Virus record (IMG/VR): IMGVR_UViG_3300045988_154156
Length of the DNA stretch: 64,000 bases
Source of the DNA: a virus
Strand: one strand, 5' to 3'
The notes under the pieces were generated by a model that ran no database searches, was not told the origin of the DNA, and saw nothing but the letters and a program-made list of their open reading frames with translations. The position numbers and the translations under genes are program-made. This document shows, piece after piece, positions 23,968 through 35,700 of the stretch. Numbering within the stretch: position 1 is the first letter of the stretch; each line of letters opens with the position of its first letter.

Positions 23968-24825
23968 TTAAGCAGTATACTAACATCCACATCCAGTATA
24001 ATTAGTTCCCACATAAGGATTTTGGACAACATAGGCTGGAATAGGAGCTTTATTACTTAATTGTTCTACTAAATAAGCATTCTATAAATTTTGAGAAATT
24101 TGGCCCTTAAGAGTAGCATTTTCAGCAGTAAGAGTTTCAATCTTATCTTTGACAAGGAAATCAAGGATAGAGCGCATACTAGCATTAGTATTATCAATAA
24201 TATCTCTTACTCCTTCATTAACTGCTTGACGGTTTTGGCAAGCTTGACTTGCTAAATTATAATTTAAATCAGCAAAGCTTGATGTAATAAGATTTCTATT
24301 CTCGCAGCAGCACTGAGCATTCGTTGCTGCCATATTATTTAATTGCTGAATGATATTATTAGTATTCTACATACCAGCGACAGTATCAGCATTAATAGCC
24401 TAAGTAATGCCGAAGGTATTTTGCATATTGTTAATGCCCATATTACAAATATCTTGTGATAAAGAACGAGCATTGCTATTAATAGTCTCAGTAACATTAC
24501 CAAAACCAGAAAGTAAATTATTATTTACATTAGCGAAACCATTACATAAGCCAGTCTGTAAAGAATTAATTCCAGATTTAAGATCGCTTATATCAAATCC
24601 ATAAGTTAATTCTTCTCTCGTAGTAGTGCCTTGATAACCAGTATTACCATTATTACCCCAGCCGTTATTACCCCAGCCATTAAAGCAGAATAAGAATAGG
24701 ATAATAATCCACCAAGCGCCGTCGCCCCACATACCATTATCGCCATTGCGATAACCGTTACCAGAAGCAGCAGCAATATCAGATAAAGAATATTGCTGAG
24801 TTGGAAAACCACCATAATTAAACAT
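23968..24825 (-). CDS. Membrane protein with a Gly/Asn/Trp-rich region and Cys cluster (QCCCENRNL…GCGC), about 285 aa
   Basis: ORFs 24400-24843 and 24082-24333 are in the same frame joined by TAG. TM helix WWIIILFLFCF. RBS AAAGGGG before MFNYGG. Confidence 0.5.
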
Positions 24826-24860
24826 ACAAATAACCCCTTTCAAAAGTTATAATATTTTAT

Positions 24861-25106
24861 TTAAATCCCTAATTGAGATTTAAATTTCGCAAATTCAGTA
24901 TCAAAATTCATTCCTTTTGATTCAAAAAAATTCCTCGCAAACTTTTCAATGTCCGCGGTTTGGCCCCCGCGTGCCATTTTTATCAGATTATCTCCCATAG
25001 GCGTTCCGCCCATATTTTTTTCCAGAAGAGACATCATCAAAGTTTGAGGATTCTAGCCGTTTTTAATCATACCTATTATCTACAATGGATTTATTCCCTA
25101 CATCAT
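24861..25106 (-). CDS. Small hypothetical protein (81 aa, 3 TAG)
   Basis: RBS AAGGAGGT then ATGATG. MMQGINPLQIIGMIKNGQNPQ…KSQLGI*. Confidence 0.45.
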
Positions 25107-25117
25107 TTCTTACCTCC

Positions 25118-25573
25118 TTAAAAGTTAAACTGCGGTTTGCTATCAGTTATTTGCTCTGTCGAAGATTGAGTATTCTATTGTTGTTGTGGATTAATATTAG
25201 CCTAGGCCTATTGTGTTAATTGAGAAAAGGCTTCTTTAATCTATGATAAAGCATTATTAAATTCATTCCGTGTTATAAAATCTACATTATTACCTTGTGA
25301 ATTGCTTGGAAGTTCTTTTAGCTCATACATATTGATTGAAGCAGTTCCATCCATATTAATCTATTTTGTATATATTCTTCTATTGGCATAGTCAGGAAAA
25401 TAGAATACTGAACCATCAAAATCTACACTCATCGCCCGTACTTCATCTAATGAAGAGACTGGTCTAACTCTTGGAGTAGTATTTTGATTTGATGCCGGCA
25501 TAATAGGTTGAGTGTTATAAATTGGCCGATTTATAGCACTAAACTATTGTGGATAACCATAATTATTATTCAT
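25118..25573 (-). CDS. Hypothetical protein (151 aa, about 6 TAG), first gene of a leftward operon
   Basis: RBS GGAGGTAAAAATT then ATG; continuous frame to TAA. Confidence 0.45.
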
Positions 25574-25726
25574 AATTTTTACCTCCGGAGTTTTAAAGTA
25601 GAAGAATTTTATCTTTTTCTTCCATAGATATATAAAATTTAGATTATAAATATCATTAGGAAATACTCACACTTTTTTAAATGGAAATCTCTTCCGCACC
25701 AAAATAAATAAAAATATCGTCATGAA

Positions 25727-25755
25727 TAGACTTTTATAAAAATTTTTGGTATAAT
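25727..25755 (+). promoter_or_regulatory. Candidate promoter (TAGACT-N17-TGgTATAAT) in the divergent intergenic region upstream of the response-regulator gene
   Basis: Extended -10 TGGTATAAT at 25747-25755; weak -35. Confidence 0.4.
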
Positions 25756-25795
25756 TATAAATAGAGAAAGATAAAAATATTAATGAAAGGAGGAG

Positions 25796-26500
25796 ATTAT
25801 CATAGTTTCAATATGTATTTGTGATAGAGATGATTCACATGGATAGTCAATGATTACTATTATTAAAGATTATTTGTTTAAACATAATGTAATGGGAAGT
25901 ATAAATTATTTTAATAATGCTAAAGATTTATTAAGACAACCAATCTATGACGTCTATTTCTTAGATATTTTAATTAGAGATATGAATGGCATTGAGCTTG
26001 GAAAAATATTAAAACAAAAAAATGAAAAATGCGAAATAATTTATATAACTGATTAGCGTAATTATGGACCACAAACCTATGAAGTAAAGGCATTTAATTA
26101 TTTATTAAAACCTATAAATATAGAAGAAATAAATGATACTTTAGATAGATTATTTGAAAAAATTAAAAGTGAATATAGATATTTAAGAACTAAAGATGGG
26201 GAAGAAAGAATTCCACTTAAAGAATTATTATATGCTGATATTATAGGAAGAAATTTAACTTGTCATTTCTATGATGGTGAATTAATTCAAAGTACAACTT
26301 TAAAAAAATCTTTTGAAAAAATGATAGGTCCTTTAAAAGATAATCCAGATTTTGTCTTTGTTGCACCGAGTTTATTAATTAATTTAAATTATATTAGTTC
26401 AATGAACTTAAACTATTTAACTTTTACTACTGGTGAAGTATTATATTTCCCAAAGAGCGCGTATAAATTAATTTGTGAAAGATGGAAGCAATATAGTTAA
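25796..26500 (+). CDS. AgrA/ComE-like response regulator with C-terminal LytTR DNA-binding domain; the conserved N-terminus is encoded upstream of the first ATG (25850)
   Basis: Receiver-like MITIIKDYL…YFLDILIRDMNGIELGKIL aligns with AgrA. LytTR signature IPLKELLYADIIGRNLTCHF…FVFVAPSLLINLNYI. Upstream in-frame ICICDRDDSHG(TAG)SM matches the AgrA N-terminus IFICEDDPKQRENM, directly after RBS AAAGGAGGAG, with no AUG. Confidence 0.65.
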
Positions 26501-26502
26501 AT

Positions 26503-26541
26503 AGAAATAAGGGGAACACTCGATAATTGAGTGTTCCCCAT
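26503..26541. terminator. Bidirectional intrinsic terminator (GGGGAACACTC-loop-GAGTGTTCCCC followed by ATTTTTTT)
   Basis: 11-bp stem with a T-run on the + strand and an A/T-rich tract on the - strand, between the convergent RR gene and the holin gene. Confidence 0.7.
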
Positions 26542-26545
26542 TTTT

Positions 26546-26935
26546 TTATGATTTATTAATATTAACACTTGCTTCTATCTTTTCAGAAATATATTTATCT
26601 AAATCACCATAAATATTAGCAAGATAATCTTTTGCTTCTTGGCTAAGAATTGTTAATACTGCTTGCGTAGTTTGTTCAAATGCTTGCTTTTGAGCTTCTG
26701 CATCAAATTTGCCTTGTTTCTTTAGACTTTCTACATAAGTCTAATTCGTAGCAATAACACAACTATTAATTGTGTCAGTTAGCATTTGAATATATTTATT
26801 TGCTAATGCATTATCATTATTCTTTTGAATTTGATTACTTTTTACATTAATCCATTTAATAATAAAAGTAGTCAATACTCCTAATAATGGAATAATACAT
26901 ACTTGAAAAATTTGAGTTAGTAATTCACTAGTCAT
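26546..26935 (-). CDS. Holin, LL-H family-like (about 129 aa)
   Basis: N-terminal TM (IIPLLGVLTTFII) then …ANKYIQMLTDTINSCVIATN(TAG)TYVESLKKQGKFDAEAQKQAF…AKDYLANIYGDLDKYISEKIEA, matching the LL-H holin signature. RBS GGAGGAAATA. Confidence 0.6.
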
Positions 26936-26948
26936 TATTATTTCCTCC

Positions 26949-28010
26949 TTAAGGTGTTCCATAAATAGTACAAGTCATATCATATCTAGCGCTTGGACTA
27001 TTATTTAATAAAATTAATTCACAAAATTTTTGTGATGAAGTACTTGATTCATAACATCTACCAACAGCATAAATTCTCATTGTTCCTCCTGTTTGAGAAT
27101 AATTTAATAATTCTAAGGTAGATATACCATATAGGGTAGTTCTAGAACTATTTTCACAAACACAATATCCTTCAAAACCTTTTGATTTAATCTGTGCTAA
27201 AGTTACTCCGGAGGGATCCCCTCCTTTAAAAGATAACATATGATATGTTCCAGAGTTATAATCTGTATTAACTTTAATTGCAATAGAATAAATAGTAGAA
27301 GGTAATGCTCCTCCAAATGAAAAATTCAAATATCCTCCGTTACCATTACCTTCATTATAAAAGCTTGATACAGTTCCAGTATATAATTTAGCACTAGATA
27401 AAGTTCCAGTTACTCCAAAAATATTTACTCCTGATTTAATATTACTAGCAATTAAATTGCTGCTTCCAGATACAGTAATATTTCCAGTAGCATAAGAACC
27501 AGAAGCAATAGCAGTCTAAGAACTTGTGCTTGGAGTAATAGTTCTACCATTAACAGAAGGTATTGTTCCTGTTACTTTTACTCCAGAAGCAGAAGTAAAT
27601 GTTTTGCCAGTAAGTACATCGGCGGCAGTTGCATTACCAAAATCTGACTTTGGAAAAACACATCTTGTATGCGCTCCTGCTCTATATAATTTTGGATTAT
27701 TAAAAGGATATTTAACATAATAATATGTTGAATCCTAAGTTCTTAAATAATCAGATAATGAACCAGATTTTTGTTCATATCCTGTTACAATTGGTATTGT
27801 ACCTGTTATTTTTTCACCATTCACATAGGCTGTTTTACCTTGTCCAATATCTTCTGCAATGGCAGTTGCATCTGAAGTATCTATGCCTGTTTCAATATTT
27901 TGTATCAAATTAGGCATATCTTGAGCATTAATTTTATTAGACGTATTAGTTTTTTCTCTAATAGCATCTCCAATTCCTGTTAACAATTCAGGGACTGTAC
28001 TATAACTCAT
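26949..28010 (-). CDS. Tail fibre-like protein with TGTIP repeats (about 353 aa)
   Basis: ORFs 27735-28019 and 26949-27329 share a frame; repeats GEKITGTIPIV and VKVTGTIPSV; RBS GGAGGT. Confidence 0.5.
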
Positions 28011-29743
28011 TATTTCCATTTACCTCCTATCGCTGTAAATAATTCTATTTCTTTCCATTCATTATTTACTCCATAATATAATTTACATTCTTTCCACTCT
28101 TTATCTTTTCCAAAATAAATTTTTTTCTTAAAAACAGGATATAAATAAAGGTTACTCGGTTCGGTTCTAGTATATGTTGTATTAACTTTATAAGTTACTG
28201 TACTACTTCCTTTAGCTGTTGAATATCCTAAAAATTCACAACCTTCTAAATACTATTCATTTGGATAAATAGTAAAAGTTGCTGAAGAATAACAAGCATT
28301 ATTAGTATTAGATGACCATTTAGCATATAGCTAAGTAGCACCATTAGACATAATAAAATTAGTATCTGAAGTTGAATAACTACCTCCTGGAGTAAAATTT
28401 ACTCCACTTCCTGTATTTGTAGTATTCCAACTGGATAAAGTATAAGTAGTTTTAGGTTTATACTAAACATAATTAGTATGCAAAGGAGTAGTATTATCTG
28501 ACTTATATCTAATTATGGAATAGGTTGTTGTTTCCGATCCCCATACTGGTGATTTTGTAATAGAAGAAGATGATGGCATAGTAATAGTCTAAGCAATATT
28601 GTTATAATATGTTAAAGCATTAGCTGTACCACTACCTCCATTAAGATTAAATGATAAAGAAAAATACCAAATTCCATATAAACTTAAAGAATCCTAATCA
28701 GTAGATATCGTAGCTCCTTTAGCATATTTAGGAGTTGTTGCGTTTTTATTAGTACTCCATCCTTTGAATATAAAATTAGTAGGATTGGACCAAGTAGGTG
28801 GAGTCATTGTATTTGCTCCTGTATTTGTATAAGTCCCTAAAAGAGTGCCAGTATTATTATAAAATGACATAGTCCCTTTATAAGGGGTAAATGTTAATGT
28901 ATAAGGAATATAAGTAGATCCACTACCACTAAAAGCTAAATTAAGTGCTACATAATAAGTTCGACTACCTAAGAATTTTTCACTATATTTTACTTCACAG
29001 TCATATGATACGCTAGGATCCTTATCATCATTTTTCTCAGTATCATTATTATCATATACAAAAGATGCATCACGTGATTGCCCTGGAGCTCCTTGACTTG
29101 GTTCAGTTTTAGTAATATAGCCATAGGGATCTGGACTTTTACTTCCAATAGTAGTTGTAAAAGTAAGAGTTCCTCCACAAGGAACTGTTACATTAAAATA
29201 AGATGCTCTATAATAATATACTTGTATAGACCCACTATAACTTGAAGTATTTTCCGTATTTGTTATTCTTCGATCCGCAGAATAATGATAAGGAGCAATC
29301 CAAGAAGTATAAGTATCATTATAATCTCCATAAGGTGTATCATAATAATCTCTATAAGGTGTATCATCATAATCTCTATAAGGTGTATCATCATAATCTC
29401 TATAAGGTGTATCATTATAATCATTATATGAAGCAGGTGGATACTAAATATGGTCCTAATCAATGTCACCACCTATACCGTCCTATACAGAAGCTCCATA
29501 GGTAGTAGTGGTTGAAAGATTACGTCCTGAGAATGTAATAGTAACAGAACCAGAATTAGAATAAAATATTAATCCATTACGCCCACTAGTTAGAGAACCG
29601 CTAGACGCAGTAAAATTCGTAGTAGCACCTTGGTTAATTTTTGGATAAATATATATTTGACCACTAGAACAATTTCGCCATGATGCAAGAATTGTAATTG
29701 AACTTCCACTAGCTGACTATAAAGATACAGAAATTGAAGCCAT
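28010..29743 (-). CDS. Tail/structural protein (about 577 aa) carrying a 24-bp tandem repeat encoding (D-T-P-Y-R-D-Y-D)x3.5
   Basis: Strong RBS AAGGAAGGAGGA; continuous frame; tandem repeat at about 29330-29425; about 12 TAG. Confidence 0.55.
29330..29425 (-). repeat. Tandem 24-bp coding repeat (ATAAGGTGTATCATCATAATCTCT)x3.5 on +, encoding PYRDYDDT units
   Basis: Direct visual repeat; produces the spurious overlapping ORFs 29242-29505 (+) and 29263-29472 (-). Confidence 0.8.
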
Positions 29744-29746
29744 ATA

Positions 29747-30709
29747 TTATCCTCCTTCCTTATTTATAGAACTAAAAGCTAAACACCCGCCCTAACAAGA
29801 TAAATTATTAAATTTTTTACAATTTTTACATTTATCATTTTGTCCGTTAGCTTCTCTTTTAGGATAGATTGTTTTAAATAAAAAATAATTTGAAACTTCA
29901 TTAATATTATCAAACTAATGCAAATCTATTAAACCATAAGCGCCAAAACAACAAGTTGCTTTAAAATCCGGAGTAATATCTATAACTGGTTTACATAAAG
30001 TTTTCCAATGAATTACATTTTTTTTTAAAAAAGCTAAATCATCTTCTTTAAAATAACAAGCAGGTATCATATTACAATCAATGCGCAATTCAATATTATT
30101 TTTATAGGCTAACTAATTTAATTCTAATAATTGTGGGATACCATTATTGTAATATTCATCTTTATCTACTTGACTATATTGGCAAGTAGGAGCAGCATAA
30201 CTAATTCTTAAATTATTTTTTTTATATTTTTTACATAATTCAATTATATAATTAAAATCCTATAAATCTGGGTATATATTAATACCAAAATTAATTTGAT
30301 TTAATAGCTAATTTTTTTCAAAATTATTTAAAGTTTCTATAATACTATTATAATTACTTTCTGACATAGTATTTGGAGCATTCAAATTTATTAAACTAGA
30401 TAAAGCAGAATGATTTTTAAAACTATTTAAATATTTGTCTAAATAAATCCCATTAGAAAAAATAGTAACATTTTTTAAATCATATAATTTATCAAAACAA
30501 ATATCTATATATTCTGCTAGGCAGGGATGTAAAGTAGGTTCTCCTCCTATAATACCAATTCTATTACAAGGAGTCTAATCTAAAAAATCTAATATAGTTA
30601 ATAACTATTCCTTTGTTATAAGCTATTTTTCTTCCTCTGTAATAAATTTATTAGCAAAACAATATGGACACTATAAATTACAATAATTTAAAAATGCAAT
30701 ATTAGGCAT
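29747..30709 (-). CDS. Radical SAM / SPASM-domain protein (about 320 aa)
   Basis: N-terminal CNL(TAG)CPYC (CxxxCxxC) and GIIGGEPTL. C-terminal Cys clusters TCCFGAYG…CKNCKKFNNLSC(TAG)GGCLAF. Overlaps the upstream gene by 8 nt. Confidence 0.7.
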
Positions 30710-31976
30710 TATTTATTTTATCTCCTTCTAATTTTTTTATTTCTTTTAAATTAAAAAAATTATTTTCTATTAAAATTTGCTTTAAAATAGGATTTATATT
30801 ATCATATTTTAAATTAATATTTTTAATTAGATCGTATAAAATATCATATAATTTTTTATTAAAAATGCAATAATCTTCATTGAAAGATAATTTTCCTGTA
30901 GAAAAATATTCTTTTATACATCCACCATAACAAATATCATAATAATCACATTTTCCTTTACAATGTGTTAAAATTATATCATCAATTTTATTAATATAAT
31001 CCTAATAAGTTGGTAAAGATATTAATTCTTCAAAAGAATTAATATCTCTAATATTACAAAAAATATTTTCTTTATTAACATATCCACAATGAGTAATATC
31101 ACCATTAGGTAAAATTACTATCCATTTACCAACACAATAAGTTGTATAGCATTTCCCTCTACGGCCTAATAGACATTTAATACGATTTGTAATTCCTTGA
31201 TCTTCAATAGGATTGTCTGTATCATATATCCAATACCTAAAATATTCTGTAATTAATTCTAAATCTTCTTCATTATCAATATCTATTAGCATATTATTTG
31301 AATTACTATCTAATAATTTTATATCTTTAATAAAATTCCCCTAAAAGCCATGAACATTTAATGTTTTTAAATATTCATAATTTTCAATTAAATCTTTTAA
31401 ATGGGGTTTATCATACACACATATAAAACCTTTATGAGTATTTTTTAAAATAGGTTCCATGGCTAAAGTAGATTGTAGTCCTCTAGTCTCAGTATTATAT
31501 ATACCATTATATGAAAGTCCATATTTTATATGATATTTTTCAAGTAATGGTAATTTATCTTCTAATAAAATTCCATTACTTTGTAAAGAAATAGGAAAAT
31601 TTAAATTATATTTTTGTTTTTGCTCAGATAAATATATTAATAAATCTTCTGGCAATAATAAAGGTTCTCCACCATGCCAAGTAATTTCTCGAATATGAGA
31701 ACCAAATTTAGTAAGAATCTAATCTAATAGTTCTTTAGTTATAATCTAATCTTTATATTCATATCTAATAAACTAATTTTCACAATAAGGACAATTAGCA
31801 TTGCATTCATAAGAAGCATGTAATAAAATTAATACATTATCTATAGTATGAAATGACATATCATCTACTAACTATAAATCATCTAATTTAGATAATAATT
31901 CATTTTTATATTTAACTTTATAGGGCTAAATATGATTATACTTTAACCATAATTTTTTTTCTTCTTCGTATGTCAT
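30702..31976 (-). CDS. Radical SAM / SPASM-domain protein (about 424 aa)
   Basis: CNANCPYC motif and WHGGEPLL. C-terminal CKGKCDYYDICYGGC SPASM-like cluster. ORFs 31341-31655 and 31002-31292 in the same frame, joined by TAG. Confidence 0.7.
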
Positions 31977-31981
31977 AATTT

Positions 31982-32203
31982 TTATCCCTCATATCGAATC
32001 AAAATTTTTCCATTCACAACAGAAGGCATAGATTCAGAAGTTGGAGAAAAAATAAACATATCATTAGTTATAACTTCATTAGCTGATGTACCATTTGTGA
32101 CAGATTTTATTTTAGGGTTAGAGCTATTAATAGCACTTTTAAATAAATCAACACTATTATCATCATCAACATAAATTGCTCTTAATAATTTAGGCTCACT
32201 CAT
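31982..32203 (-). CDS. Small protein (73 aa) immediately upstream of the rSAM pair; candidate precursor or accessory protein
   Basis: Intact ORF; RBS GGAGGT; no TAG. Confidence 0.5.
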   Translation of the reverse strand: MSEPKLLRAIYVDDDNSVDLFKSAINSSNPKIKSVTNGTSANEVITNDMFIFSPTSESMPSVVNGKILIRYEG

Positions 32204-32216
32204 TTAATTTACCTCC

Positions 32217-32759
32217 TTAATAACTGTTATTCACTAAACCATTAACATAAGTATAAACTGCTCTTGCCGTTGGAACTTGACTATCTCCAGAACTTGAATT
32301 TATTACTGTGACTACTGGAAATGTAGTTCCTCCCGAGGATGATGAATCTCCATTATTATTACTAAGAGATAAATAAGGAAAACAAATAAAATTAAAAATA
32401 TCTCCAATTCTAGTCTTATAATTACTTCCCACTAAATTAATTTCAGTTTTATTTGTATTTAAAGTATAATTTTCCATTTTATTTAATAATAAACCATTCT
32501 AAAATACTAATAATTGTTTTTCATCAATTATTTCTATTGTATTAGGAATGGGAATAGTCTAAGTTATCTCTGATATAATTACTGTTTCATTTATTAAACT
32601 TTTATAAAATAATCCTTGAGAAATAGCTGTTTGTAGATCATAAGTAGAGCCGTTTATATCAATATAAACGGCTCTACCAAGAGTCTACGGGAAAATAGGA
32701 TTTTTATCATTATCATGCTATTCTGTGGTCTATAACAATTTAATATATTCTTCATTCAT
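32217..32759 (-). CDS. Hypothetical Ser/Gly-rich protein (about 180 aa)
   Basis: ATG overlaps the TGA of the upstream giant gene; 6 TAG; ends …AVYTYVNGLVNNSY*. Confidence 0.45.
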
Positions 32760-35700
32760 TTTGTGTTAGCCACCTTCCATTATAATTAACTTGAAAATCT
32801 TTAATTAATTTCCATTCATTATTTATTTTAACATAAGTATCTTTAATACGATACCATTCACCATTATCTTTTATATATTCATCAGTTGGGCCATCTAAAA
32901 CAGTAATAATTATAACTCCATCTCCATAATTACCAATTCGTGTATTTAACTAATCTGGCTATAGAATTTTTTCCTAACCAGTTTTAGAAATAGTATCTGA
33001 TAAATAATAATTTGGTGTTAATAAGCATCCAGAAGGATAATTAACCGCAGTAGAAGAAGTATAAACATAATTTGAACCGCCTCCACCGCCGCTACCCAAT
33101 TGGCTTGTATCAGTAGTGTAAGTTCCAGCACCGCCATACCAGCCACCACCACCAGCGCCAGAAACAACACCAATTCCAATAGCTCCACTTTTTATAGTTA
33201 TACCATTTCCACCAAATCCAAAGCCACCATAACAGTCTAATTGAGTAGAATAACTATTTGACTAAGTATCTTTTATCCAATTATTATTTACACCAGTTTG
33301 ATTTCCACCATAACCACCACTAGTAGTACCACTATTATATAAAGTAGCATTTAAACCTCCACCAGCACCGCCTTGGTATCCTTTATATCCACCTTCTGAA
33401 CCGCCACCGCCAGCGACTATTACTCTAGCATAAAGAGAATTAGAACCAATTCTTATATCAGTTCCTCCACCACCAGCAGGATAATTTTGACGTTTTCCAC
33501 CGCCATTGAATCCTCCAGCAATACCAGATCCTCCTACTCCAAACCATATAGGAGTAGTTTTAGTTAAAGTTAATACGCCAGATGTATAACCACCTCTATT
33601 ATTTCCAGTACTATTATCGCTATAATAATTTCCAGAAGCAATTCCACCTTGAGCACCCCAGCATTCTAGTTTATAACGTCCAGGAGGAAATGAAAATGGT
33701 CCTATTACTGCGCCATTTGGCGTTTCAAAATTGCCCATAAAAGTACTAGTCTAAGGAATAATAATCTATTTTCCCTTTTTAATAACACAATTATAAGGAG
33801 ATGAAATTACTTTAACTACGATACTTTTTGAGATATGCGCATAATTGCTATCATTATTATTATTTACAGTAATCGTAGCACGACCAATTTTATTAGCTTG
33901 TACAGTAATCCCTCGACCTTGATTATCACCAGCAATTAAATCTCCTATTGATACTATTGTATTATCATCTGATGCAAATGATAAGTTACTATAATTACCA
34001 TTATACAATACTGCTAAATTAACAGAATTTTCAACAACAATATAATGAGGATCCTAAATCTATAAATATGAAGTAGCAGGATTTATCTGCCACTCTATAG
34101 TTTTATTGCTAGTTGTTCCATCTGACCATTTAGTATTTGTAGTATCTATTAAAGAAAGAACCGTTGTATAATTTCCTGCATTAGAAGCTGAAGTTGTTCC
34201 ACCATTTATTGAATAAAGAATATCATAATCAGAATTATCATATAATATATCGCTAGCAAAATACCATGTATTTCCATTATATTGAATAGTTGTCTAAGGT
34301 TCAGGGATTAACACTGGAGTATATGATAAATTCTCATAAGTCATTGTAAAATATGGAATTCGTTTTGTTAAGCCAGAAATCTAAGTCTAATCTGGACTAT
34401 AACAATACATATATATTAAATCTCCAGCTTTTAAAGCAACCTCAAAAGATACAGTTCTTTGTTCCTAAGTAATATAATAATACTAAAAATTATTTCCATT
34501 TATCTATATACTAAATTGACTCATCCAATAAGAACCTATATCATCAAGATTTACTTCTGCCCCAAAAGTAAATTTAATTTTTACATTTTTCTTTACTCTG
34601 CCTCGATAATAAGCATAAAAACCAGTAAGAGGAGTTTTATTAGTTTCATATCTAGATGTATTAGAATTATAATAAAAACAATTATCATAATCACTAATAT
34701 TTTCAACACCTTCATCAACATTTAACTAAGTAATACGCACATAACCAGTACCATTATGTCCCGTTTCAGATGAACCTGTTGGAGAAGTAAATGAAACATT
34801 TCCTCCGATAGTCTAAGCATTTTCAAGATAATATTTACTATCTAATAAACATCCAGATGGATAACTAGTAGCAGTTGATGAAGTATATACATAACCGCTA
34901 CCTCCTCCGCCGCCTTGATTATCAGCTCCAGTTCCAGAAGAAGGTGGAGAAGTTAAATTGGAAACAGTTAAACCACCATACCAGCCGCCGCCACCGCCAC
35001 CACCATCATAAGCATGACGTCCTTGACCAAAACCTCCTCCTGAAGTTTGACTTCCTCCAGCAGCACCACCAGTACCACCTGATAGTCCTCCGCCATAACC
35101 GACTGAATCACCACTATCTTCTCCGCCACCTCCGCCGCCACCGGCCACAATCACACGAGCATAAAGAGAAGTAGAATTGATACGAATATCAGAAGCACCA
35201 CCACCGCCACATCCTGGTTCTGAGCTACCAGATCCCCAAGCTGATCCACCACCATTATATCCTCCTGAAGACAAAGATCCATATCCAACAGCTCCAATTC
35301 CACCACTATAGCAATGTAATGTAGTAGGTCTTAATAAAGTAAGATTACCATAAGAATACCCTCCTAGTCCTCCAAGACCTGCGGCTGAATTACCATCTTG
35401 TTGTCCTCCTCCTCGAGCACCCCAACATTCTAATTTATATTTACCAGGATTAAATTTTTTGCTATAAGATCCTGAACCGGAAATATTTAAATCATTAGAA
35501 ACATATCCAATTGATAAAACAGTAATGCGTACATAGCCATTACCACTATGACCAGTTTCAGAAGCACCAGTAGGTGAAGTGAATGATGTATTACCAGCAA
35601 TAGTATTTCCACTTGTTAAATCGTATTCATTTTGGTATACGTTAAAGCTATAATATCCGCTGCCGCCTGCATTTTGTTCTCGATAAGTACTATCATTATC

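Noticed and set aside
29330-29425. Tandem repeats considered as a CRISPR array
   Set aside because: The repeats are contiguous with no spacers, only 24 bp long, and in-frame inside a CDS.
29242-29505. ORFs 29242-29505 (+) and 29263-29472 (-) with bizarre HNLYKVYH / MIHLIEIM repeats
   Set aside because: They are artefacts of the 24-bp tandem repeat read in the wrong frame or strand. The real frame is the minus-strand tail gene 28010-29743.
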